Source: a virus (taxonomy: Duplodnaviria; Heunggongvirae; Uroviricota; Caudoviricetes). Taken from it: a stretch of 11,546 bases of DNA. Both the position numbers and the translations under genes were made by a program. The notes under the pieces were generated by a model. The model saw only the letters and a list, made by a program, of their open reading frames with translations. It searched no databases and was not told the DNA's origin. The stretch's first letter is position 1; each line of letters opens with the position of its first letter. Below are positions 1 through 6,397 of the stretch, one piece after another. The stretch is from the IMG/VR virus record IMGVR_UViG_2703718868_000005. The stretch is one strand, 5' to 3'.

Positions 1-4
1 TACC

Positions 5-34
5 ACAAATAAAAAAGCCTTCAGAACAGAAGGC
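5..34 (-). terminator. Rho-independent terminator downstream of the 21..218 gene
   Basis: Minus strand reads GCCTTC-TGTTCT-GAAGGC (plus 17-34) followed by TTTTTT (plus A-run 11-16). The hairpin overlaps the TGA stop at 21-23. Confidence 0.45.
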
Positions 35-218
35 GTCTGTAACAACCGAACTGATAGTCTGCCAGACCCGCCATAACAAGCTGGGTCAGTATTAGCTGGC
101 AGCGTTCGCGTGAAAGGTACGTATTCTGTGCAATCTCCCCGACAGTCGCCGGTTCGGTGGCACTTAATTCATTAAAAACCACTCTGGCGGTTTCGGTCAT
201 ATCCTGCTGTTTCAGCAT
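21..218 (-). CDS. Hypothetical small protein with a winged-helix/HTH-like segment (ATVGEIAQNTYLSRERCQLILTQL)
   Basis: ORF-track frame 21..311 begins with GTG. First ATG at 216-218 is preceded by AAGGGA about 7 nt upstream. Followed by a terminator. No family recognised. Confidence 0.45.
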   Translation of the reverse strand: MLKQQDMTETARVVFNELSATEPATVGEIAQNTYLSRERCQLILTQLVMAGLADYQFGCYRRLLF

Positions 219-391
219 GTCTTTTTCCCTTTTCCGGTTAACGTGACACACCAATAACTCTTGTCGAAAAAGCCAGCAAGCTGAAAGACCGGTATTAATA
301 ACCACCTGCACATTTTATGTACTGCACCATTTTTCTGGCATAAAAAAACCGCTCAATGCCGGGCAGTAAAATCTTTATTACTCAGGAAATT

Positions 392-664
392 TTAACGTAC
401 TCTGACAGTATTAATTTCAAAATCATTAATATTTCCGCTATTAAATATAACGAATTTCTTACCCCCACTCCTGTATGATTTCGATAACACCAGACGATCA
501 TCATAGCGCGCAATAATGTAATACCATACATTCTCATAGTGGACCGCCTGATATTCCCTCTTAAACTGTGGTTTGTACCAACCGGCAATAAGAGAGAATG
601 CCCAGAAATAAATCATAAACCCAGCCATCATGAACTCAATTCGGTGATGGCGAATAACAGACAT
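392..664 (-). CDS. Hypothetical small membrane-anchored protein (one predicted TM helix FMMAGFMIYFWAFSLIAGWY, K/N/I-rich C-terminus)
   Basis: ATG start at 662-664. Lies in very AT-rich DNA (about 30% GC) where long ORFs are unlikely by chance. No recognisable family and a weak RBS. Confidence 0.35.
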   Translation of the reverse strand: MSVIRHHRIEFMMAGFMIYFWAFSLIAGWYKPQFKREYQAVHYENVWYYIIARYDDRLVLSKSYRSGGKKFVIFNSGNINDFEINTVRVR

Positions 665-926
665 TTCCGAAAAACATTTGACTGAAACAAGTCTTCTTCC
701 AGACCTGACAAAAAGCGTGATTGCAAAGGCAGCAAGAACACAGAAAAACTGTCACAGCATAAAACAAACTTCGTGCCACATCATCGACACCAGCCCCGAC
801 AACCCACCATGGAAAGCCATAGTAAAATGAAGTACCCCATCCATAGAAATAAGCGCTCCCCCATCCGAGACAGCCCATATAAGCAACAAAAAGTGAAGAG
901 TTTCTGAGCAGAGCACTGTCATCCAT
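636..926 (-). CDS. Hypothetical Gly/aromatic-rich hydrophobic small protein
   Basis: ATG at 924-926 with GGTG about 6 nt upstream. Unusual G/W/F/Y-rich composition. Overlaps the alternative frame 752..994, so the coding assignment is uncertain. Confidence 0.25.
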   Translation of the reverse strand: MDDSALLRNSSLFVAYMGCLGWGSAYFYGWGTSFYYGFPWWVVGAGVDDVARSLFYAVTVFLCSCCLCNHAFCQVWKKTCFSQMFFGNVCYSPSPN

Positions 927-1068
927 AGTAACACCATTAACAACTCAAAAATATCAACACACATTACATAACAAATTGGATTCCATGCAGTCAAGGGGCG
1001 TCATTGATGGAGAAAGTATTGGCACAATCGTCATCACGTTTAATGTCTATGCCATTTTTTGGGGGGGT

Positions 1069-1094
1069 AAAAAACCCGCTCGGTCACGGGTTTT
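1069..1094 (-). terminator. tR'-like intrinsic terminator downstream of the Q-like gene
   Basis: Plus-strand AAACCCG (1072-1078) pairs with CGGGTTT (1087-1093), flanked by an A-run on one side and a T-run on the other, so it could act in either direction. Sits next to a G7 homopolymer at 1061-1067. Confidence 0.4.
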
Positions 1095-1139
1095 AGTGGC
1101 TTTGTCATCACGTATAATAACGGCAAAATATCAGATTTA

Positions 1140-1175
1140 CACGAAACATATGCCTTTTTATCTACTTTTGCAATA
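1140..1175 (-). promoter_or_regulatory. Candidate late promoter (pR'-like) immediately downstream of the Q-like gene
   Basis: On the minus strand: TTGCAA (plus 1167-1172), a 17-nt spacer, then TATGTT (plus 1144-1149). A hairpin terminator follows about 50 nt downstream. Identified by position and motif only. Confidence 0.3.
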
Positions 1176-1180
1176 CTTTG

Positions 1181-1846
1181 CTATGAAAATGCCGCCTTTT
1201 GTTTTGAACGTGTTCCCTCCACCAACAATAAAGCTTCACTATCCAGCCGATGAAAAATGTGTTTCATTGCAACCCAGTGACCAGTAAATGTCTTGGACCA
1301 GTTTTTGGTTGTTACTCCCACCAGTAACGCCAGTTCCTGGTATTCGTAACCTTCCCCACCAAAAAGCTCAGCTTTTACCGCCTGCGCCGCCAACCAGATC
1401 AACGTCTTCAGGCGCACCAGAGTTTTTCCTGCAATTTTTCTGGTACCGGATTGAGCATTAAATTCAGTCCACGCCCACTGCGTTATCGCGATCTGATGGT
1501 CCCAGCAAATGCTACCGCTGTAACACCACTGCAGCCAGGCTTTATGATGTTCTTCAAGAGACAGAACGGCGCGTCGCCATGATGATGTCGAAAACTCAAC
1601 CGGACTGACCAGCGCAATTGATGAGCCTTTCGCCAGTGATTGTTTACCCGGGATCGGTGGGTTATCCCGCGTGATCATTTTTCCGGTTACCTCATCGCGG
1701 TAACGAATTTTTTTGCGTCTGTAACGCCCTGTATCGAACAGGGCATTTTCCTGCCAGGCTTCCAGCTGGCCTTTTGTCGACCCACTGAGATCCGCAGTGG
1801 CAATCATGAGTTGCTCACGAACAAACTGTAAATACTGGTTATTCAT
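1181..1846 (-). CDS. Putative late-gene antitermination protein (Q-like), assigned by position
   Basis: 221 codons from ATG 1844-1846 with SD GAGGTGGG. ORF-track frame extends to GTG at 1852. Lies directly downstream of rusA and upstream of the promoter/terminator pair, as Q does in lambdoid phages. No sequence motif confirms the family. Confidence 0.55.
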   Translation of the reverse strand: MNNQYLQFVREQLMIATADLSGSTKGQLEAWQENALFDTGRYRRKKIRYRDEVTGKMITRDNPPIPGKQSLAKGSSIALVSPVEFSTSSWRRAVLSLEEHHKAWLQWCYSGSICWDHQIAITQWAWTEFNAQSGTRKIAGKTLVRLKTLIWLAAQAVKAELFGGEGYEYQELALLVGVTTKNWSKTFTGHWVAMKHIFHRLDSEALLLVEGTRSKQKAAFS

Positions 1847-1867
1847 GCACACCCACCTCTGTAATTC

Positions 1868-2200
1868 TTATCTCCAGCCGTCCACCAGATACTGGCTGCC
1901 ACGTACAATATTGATTTCATCAAACTGCTCATCGTCCATTAACAACCCCGCGTGCGTCAGCGCATCCAGCGGTGCTTTCAGAATATTGTCCAGGTCACGG
2001 CGGCGCTTATCCGGTGGCTCTGCAATAATTTTTATTGCCAGCCGTCCGGACAGGCTTAATTTCAGTCGCTGCTGGCGAACAATAAGCGCCACTGCCCGGC
2101 GATAACGCTCCCCGGCTTTTGATACAAAATATGTGCTGCCACGGCGTCGCCAGTAAGTGTTCACCGTCGGCGGGTAAGGTAAAACCAAATCTATGAGCAT
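1868..2200 (-). CDS. rusA: Holliday junction resolvase RusA
   Basis: 110 aa with the RusA hallmarks PPTVNTYW, YRRAVALIV and DKRRRDLDNILKAPLDALTHAGLLMDDEQ. Strong SD AGAGGTGA about 5 nt upstream of the ATG. Confidence 0.9.
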   Translation of the reverse strand: MLIDLVLPYPPTVNTYWRRRGSTYFVSKAGERYRRAVALIVRQQRLKLSLSGRLAIKIIAEPPDKRRRDLDNILKAPLDALTHAGLLMDDEQFDEINIVRGSQYLVDGWR

Positions 2201-2212
2201 CAGTCACCTCTT

Positions 2213-3262
2213 TTACCCGAGCACGCCAGTCGCAAAGGCGTGATCAAGAAAACGAAAAATTAACTCAATCTGAGAGCCGTACTTTTTCTCAAACTTCAGC
2301 GGGTCTGCATGAAGTTCGTTGTGGTGCTCCCGGCACAACGGTAGCGTGAAAATATCGTGGGCCTTTGTTCCCACTCCCCCCTGACCATGACCAATCAGGT
2401 GATGCGGATCGTCAGCTGGCTTACCACAACACGCACACGGCTGTGTCTTTACCCAGCGCGTGTATTTCTCATTAACCCAACGGCGACGTTTAGGCCGCCT
2501 CATGAACAATTCAGGAGACTCCGGATCAACGGCGATACTGACAACCGTTTTTTTCTGTGGTGGATTTTGTTGCTGGTGGACGTGAAGTGGCAGCGCAATA
2601 TTTTTTGTGCGCTGCTTCAGTATGCTGATGGCTGTCTGTTCTCCCGGTACGATGTCACTCTCACGGTATACGGAGCGGATTTTTTCCGCTGGTAATCCCA
2701 GCGAACGACGCGCTACTGCCTCAGGTAGTGCATCCACCACCTGATTGCAGGCCGCCCACCAGGATAATTCGGCCAGCGATAACTCCCTCTCCTGCGTACC
2801 GCTTATTGCGTGACGGATGACATCAATCATCCAGGCAACCAGATTCTGCTGAGCAAGTTGATCGAGTGATTCTGATGTCTGGTCGCGCAGCTGGTTGTCA
2901 CAGTGCCAGCACAACACCATCGCGCCGGTACCATAACGGTGAATGACGGTTTCGCTGTGATGATAATCGCCGTGTGGCCACTGGCAGGATTTCACGTGAC
3001 GTAATAACCAGTCAGACAGTGCACCTGCACCACCTGCTGCACGAATAACCCGCTCATCGCTGAAAAATGGCAGTAATGTTTTATCCTCTGCCAGCGGCTG
3101 GCGAACGGCAGGAACGACTCCGGACGGCAGACCGCGCATGTTTTTCGGTTCCGGCTCCACCAATATTCTGCCGTTATGGAATACTGACATTGATTCACGG
3201 CCTGGCTTAACGATAACCAGACCGAGTTCCGGTACCAGAACAGGTCGAAGTAATACCCGCAC
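2213..3262 (-). CDS. DUF968/YdfU-like prophage protein with a C-terminal HNH-like Cys/His motif (CACCGKP...HHLIGHG...CREHHNELH)
   Basis: 349-aa ORF (GTG start; alternative ATG at 3190). The C-terminal Cys/His cluster and the position upstream of rusA and Q match YdfU-type proteins of Qin-like prophages. Confidence 0.75.
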   Translation of the reverse strand: MRVLLRPVLVPELGLVIVKPGRESMSVFHNGRILVEPEPKNMRGLPSGVVPAVRQPLAEDKTLLPFFSDERVIRAAGGAGALSDWLLRHVKSCQWPHGDYHHSETVIHRYGTGAMVLCWHCDNQLRDQTSESLDQLAQQNLVAWMIDVIRHAISGTQERELSLAELSWWAACNQVVDALPEAVARRSLGLPAEKIRSVYRESDIVPGEQTAISILKQRTKNIALPLHVHQQQNPPQKKTVVSIAVDPESPELFMRRPKRRRWVNEKYTRWVKTQPCACCGKPADDPHHLIGHGQGGVGTKAHDIFTLPLCREHHNELHADPLKFEKKYGSQIELIFRFLDHAFATGVLG

Positions 3263-3263
3263 G

Positions 3264-3533
3264 TTACCTCCAGATGCGCTGCTGGAATGTGCGGGACGGA
3301 CGCGGTGGGCGTTCGGAATAAGGGAGCCTGACGGAGATTATCCAGTGACGACGATCGAAGCTGAGGGCTTTCTCAAACTCATATCCGCGCCTGCGGTAAC
3401 ACTGGATCAGCCATTCGGCCTGTTCTTCAGTGCATGGGGGATGCTGGAACCAGTCGGTTTTAAATACGTGCGAACACCGCCCTTGCCTACTGGCAAGGGC
3501 GGCAGAATTGTGCAATCTGCTATCGTGCGCCAT
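3264..3533 (-). CDS. Hypothetical protein with a possible CxH...HPPC metal-binding motif
   Basis: ATG at 3531-3533 with GGAG about 7 nt upstream. Stop abuts the start of the DUF968 gene, suggesting coupling. ORF-track frame extends to GTG at 3551. Confidence 0.5.
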   Translation of the reverse strand: MAHDSRLHNSAALASRQGRCSHVFKTDWFQHPPCTEEQAEWLIQCYRRRGYEFEKALSFDRRHWIISVRLPYSERPPRPSRTFQQRIWR

Positions 3534-3586
3534 CGGGATCTCCGGTGGCACGGTGTTTCTCAGCGACGGTTCAAGTCAGCCTGATT

Positions 3587-3814
3587 TTATAGCTGCTTCT
3601 GAATATCATCAACAGGTAATCCTGCCAACTCTCTTACCTCAGAAAGAAGAGAAAGGCTTACAACAACCTCATTACTTCGCATAACAAAACCACATTGAAA
3701 AGAACCATCACTGTTTCTGTAAACAACAACCGGGCGCATGCTCTCATAAAACCCCGGGATCAAACTGGCTGGGATTTTCACAACACCTCCTGACGTAAAG
3801 GAAATGAAATGCAT
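3587..3814 (-). CDS. Hypothetical small protein with an AbrB/MazE/SymE-like motif (GGVVKIPASLIPGF...SDGSF)
   Basis: 75 codons from ATG 3812-3814; ORF-track frame starts at GTG 3859. The motif resembles swapped-hairpin (AbrB-fold) proteins. Occupies the position of rem in K-12 Qin. Similarity not verified. Confidence 0.4.
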   Translation of the reverse strand: MHFISFTSGGVVKIPASLIPGFYESMRPVVVYRNSDGSFQCGFVMRSNEVVVSLSLLSEVRELAGLPVDDIQKQL

Positions 3815-3979
3815 TATCGCTTCTCTCGGACTATAACCATGAAAAGAGACGCATTTCACTCAGTAAATCTGAGGATTTTATGCGCAAGAACAATGACTTT
3901 TTCTGTCTGCCGTTTATACAATCTGAATTACGTCTGTTTTTTGAACACCGATAAATCAGCAAGCATTCTCAAATAAAGA

Positions 3980-4037
3980 TTGCCTCCATAGTCCACATGG
4001 TGTAACACTATGTGTTATATAAAATGCAGAGGCAGGT
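3980..4037 (+). promoter_or_regulatory. Putative promoter/operator of the type II TA operon
   Basis: TTGCCT -35-like element (3980-3985), TATAAA -10-like element near 4018-4023 and an imperfect inverted repeat GTAACAC-N3-GTGTTAT (4002-4018) lie just upstream of the toxin SD GAGG. Typical site for antitoxin autoregulation. Confidence 0.35.
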
Positions 4038-4410
4038 ATGCGAATTTTCAAAAACGCCTGGTTTGAACGTTTCGCCCGAAAACATCGGATTTCCGATAAA
4101 TCGCTGCGCAAAATCGTGGAACAGGCCGATAAGGGGGATCATATCCGCAAATTTGGGTAGTGGTGTCATTAAACAAAGATTAGCCCGAAGTGGTGGCGGA
4201 AAATCAGGCGGTTACCGGACAATAATTTTTTACCGCGTTGCAGAAAAAGCCTTTTTCATCTACGCATACGCAAAGAATGAACGAGAGAATATCACTGCTA
4301 TAGAGGAAAATGCTTTTCGAAAAGCCGCTCCCCATGTCCTCAATCTTACTGATGAACAGCTGGCACAATTGATTCAACAAGGCCAGTTCACGGAGGTACC
4401 CAATGAGTAA
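4038..4410 (+). pseudogene. RelE/ParE-superfamily (HigB-2-like) toxin gene, frameshifted at a G5 run (4133-4137)
   Basis: Frame from ATG 4038 gives MRIFKNAWFERFARKHRISDKSLRKIVEQADKG, then a TAG at 4158. The rest of the toxin (IISANLGSGVIKQRLARSGGGKSGGYRTIIFYR...FFIYAYAKNERENIT) continues in the +1 frame to the stop at 4408-4410. Removing one G restores a single ORF of about 123 aa. Confidence 0.7.
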
Positions 4411-4720
4411 AAATTACCGCAGTGATGCACTTGCATCTGTACATGAAATGATGGAGTCACTCCATGATATCGGTGCAATCACAAAACAAACTATGCGCGA
4501 ATTCGATGAAACTTGTCTTCAGCCTGCGCCGGTAATGTCTCCGGAAAGGATCCGTGCACTGCGAGAACGAGAGCATCTGTCTCAACCTGTTTTTGCCAGA
4601 TACCTCAACGTCAGTAAAAACCTGATATCAGACTGGGAACGAGGAGTGAAACGCCCGGGAGGTGCAGCTCTTCGGCTTCTTTCAGTTGTCGAGAAAAACG
4701 GGATCCAGGTAATATCCTGA
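4403..4720 (+). CDS. HTH-type antitoxin (HigA-2-like) partner of the upstream toxin
   Basis: 105 aa. ATG overlaps the toxin stop (ATGAGTAA) and SD GGAGG sits 6 nt upstream. Motifs SQPVFARYLNVS...DWERG...PGGAALRLL match antitoxins paired with HigB-2-type toxins. Confidence 0.85.
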   Translation: MSKNYRSDALASVHEMMESLHDIGAITKQTMREFDETCLQPAPVMSPERIRALREREHLSQPVFARYLNVSKNLISDWERGVKRPGGAALRLLSVVEKNGIQVIS

Positions 4721-4822
4721 TATTCTAATACAACAAAACCCGCCGAAGCAGGTTAAGTGCGGGTGCGTTGAGGATGCCTGACACATCAGAGGTGGCGAGG
4801 GATTTCTCCCTCGCCAGGTCTC

Positions 4823-4978
4823 TTACTCCTCAGGTTCGTAAGCTGTGAAGACAGCGACCTCCGTCTGGCCGGTTCGGATTCGTACCTCGCAGAGGTCTTT
4901 CCTCGTTACCAGTGCCGTCACTATGACGGTTAAACAGATGACAATCAGGGCGATTAACATCGCCTTTTGCTGCTTCAT
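4823..4978 (-). CDS. hokD: Hok-family type I membrane toxin (HokD/RelF-like)
   Basis: 51 aa, MKQQKAMLIALIVICLTVIVTALVTRKDLCEVRIRTGQTEVAVFTAYEPEE, matching HokD/RelF as I recall it. SD AAGGAG upstream. An in-frame upstream ATG at 5035 gives the 70-aa ORF-track frame, at the position of mok. Confidence 0.9.
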   Translation of the reverse strand: MKQQKAMLIALIVICLTVIVTALVTRKDLCEVRIRTGQTEVAVFTAYEPEE

Positions 4979-5026
4979 AGCCTGCTTCTCCTTGCCTTTC
5001 GGCACGTAAGAGGCTAACCTACATGT

Positions 5027-5095
5027 GCAAAGCATGAAATTGGCCTCAGATTAATGTTAAGCGTCCTGCAAGACGCGTAATGTTAACTGGGGCTT
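5027..5095 (+). ncRNA. Possible Sok-like antisense RNA opposite the hok leader (position approximate)
   Basis: Inferred from hok/sok locus architecture. Weak promoter-like TTGCCT-17-TAACCT at 4992-5020 and a hairpin GCGTC-CTGCAA-GACGC at 5061-5076 on the plus strand. Exact ends not determinable from sequence alone. Confidence 0.2.
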
Positions 5096-5249
5096 TTCTC
5101 TGTCTGCCTTACGGCGGCATGCCCGAGGCAGACAGCCTCAAGCACCCGCAGCAATTCTACTTAACTCTTCTTTCCCCGCAAATCATTTTATCCCCGATGG
5201 TAATGTTCTCCCGATATGGGAATTCCCATATCAAGGTTAACTCAATCGG

Positions 5250-5801
5250 TTAAAGCTCCATTAATTTTCCGGCCAGTTCATCTCGTGGCATTACCAACCA
5301 TCCGCGCGATTTAAGCAAAGCCAGGGCTTCTTCAACCGTCACCAGCTGGCCAGGCGCATCACTTCGGATGAAGGCGGTTTTATCGTCACGGATCGCCAGG
5401 TGAAAATCGATATTCATTTTTCCCATAGCCCGCTCTTTCTCGTACTGGTTGAAGTAACTGTCTTCGAGTTTTTCGAATACTTCCCACGCCTGATCGGTTT
5501 CGAGCATTTTTGCATGACGGGCTGCTCCGCGTTCTGTCCAGAGGATGAGAGTGCGGGTTTTGGGAGAAATTTTCACCTCATTTTGCGACTCGTTTAAAAC
5601 TAGTCGCAAATTTTTGAGCTCATCACCAACAGCTTTAAAGAAGTGTTTTCCCTCAATAAATCGAGATTTATTTTCATGGTGATTCTGCTGTATACGGATT
5701 GCTTCTGTTCCGTAAAGGCGGGCGAGTAACTCAGTTGTGATTACAGGAATCTGGTTATAAGTGACAGGGGAAAGGTTTTTGACAGTAACTTGAGTCGTCA
5801 T
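5250..5801 (-). CDS. ORF6N-domain (KilA-N/antirepressor-like) phage regulatory protein
   Basis: 183 aa. N-terminal motif IPVITTELLARLYGTEAIRIQQNHHENKSRFIEGKHFF and later LILWTERGAARHAKML resemble ORF6N antirepressor domains. SD GAGGG about 8 nt upstream of the ATG. Confidence 0.75.
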   Translation of the reverse strand: MTTQVTVKNLSPVTYNQIPVITTELLARLYGTEAIRIQQNHHENKSRFIEGKHFFKAVGDELKNLRLVLNESQNEVKISPKTRTLILWTERGAARHAKMLETDQAWEVFEKLEDSYFNQYEKERAMGKMNIDFHLAIRDDKTAFIRSDAPGQLVTVEEALALLKSRGWLVMPRDELAGKLMEL

Positions 5802-5962
5802 GATAACGCCCTCTGGTTGATGAATTTAACTATCACCACCTTCAGGTCTCAATCATCAGGTGGCGAGACGTACAGGGTTGAGACTACCGGATCAACCAAC
5901 CGGCCAGCCTTTCGGCTGCCCCATACGCCTCACCATAATTCAGATGTGCGTGCGCATACGAC

Positions 5963-5987
5963 AATAAAAAACACGCTCGCGGCGTGT
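5963..5987 (-). terminator. Rho-independent terminator ending the replication-side operon
   Basis: Minus strand reads ACACGC-CGCGA-GCGTGT followed by TTTTTATT. Confidence 0.6.
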
Positions 5988-6072
5988 GTCTGTCGCGGTT
6001 GAATATCCGGGGTCTCAATCCCGACGGTCAACTCGACCGTGCGGTGAATATAGCCCCGGATTAGTAATTACG

Positions 6073-6156
6073 TCAACCCCAGCGGCAAATCGAATAAACC
6101 ACCAGCGCTACCGCCATTGCAACTCCTACCGTTACGAATGCCTCAGGCCTAGTCAT
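6073..6156 (-). CDS. 27-aa hydrophobic small ORF (MTRPEAFVTVGVAMAVALVVYSICRWG), candidate membrane peptide
   Basis: Its ATG overlaps the TGA stop of the upstream HTH gene (ATGA), with AGGATAG as a possible SD. One predicted TM helix. Followed by a structured region and a terminator. Not in the ORF track because it is short. Confidence 0.35.
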   Translation of the reverse strand: MTRPEAFVTVGVAMAVALVVYSICRWG

Positions 6157-6340
6157 CGTAAACTATCCTCAGCGCCAATCAGTCCGTTTCGCTTCAGGCA
6201 GTCCATCGCTTTATACGGTAATTTGGCTGACAGGCGAAAATCACCCTGCAGCATCAGGCTTATTCCCTTATCCCGGGCTTTCGCTCTGACCGCTGCCTCG
6301 CTACGACCAATCAGACTGCCGATACTTTCGACAGTCATCG
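6153..6340 (-). CDS. Small HTH-domain protein (SIGSLIGRSEAAVRAKARDKGISL)
   Basis: First ATG after the stop of the upstream 253-aa gene is at 6338-6340 (61 aa). The ORF-track frame begins at GTG 6488 and would overlap the upstream gene by 90 nt. Confidence 0.5.
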
Positions 6341-6397
6341 TTCCCGCGCACTGCCGGAGTATCAGAATTTCAGCCCGGCACCACGTCTTCCACCCAC

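Noticed and set aside
330-375. Possible terminator at the T7/A7 run near 340-350
   Set aside because: The flanking GC stem is only about 3 bp (CCG/CGG). Too weak to call.
976-1287. Plus-strand 103-aa ORF
   Set aside because: Runs antisense through the 3' end of the Q-like gene and across the promoter/terminator region, with no RBS. Likely a chance ORF.
1640-3684. ORFs on both strands overlapping the Q-like, rusA and DUF968 genes (1640..1831 +, 1797..2105 +, 2007..2207 -, 2357..2695 +, 2992..3198 -, 3138..3584 +, 3430..3684 +)
   Set aside because: They overlap confidently assigned genes in alternative frames or on the opposite strand and lack RBS. Treated as shadow ORFs.
4012-4410. 132-aa ORF-track frame read as an intact gene
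   Set aside because: Only its C-terminal two-thirds look toxin-like; its N-terminus has no toxin signature. The N-terminus typical of HigB-2/RelE-like toxins is in the adjacent frame from ATG 4038 with a good SD. Best explained as a frameshifted toxin gene.
4823-5035. 70-aa ORF read as an N-terminally extended Hok
   Set aside because: The Hok family is about 50 aa and an AAGGAG SD precedes the internal ATG at 4978. The upstream in-frame start more likely corresponds to the mok-type translation initiation region than to a longer toxin.
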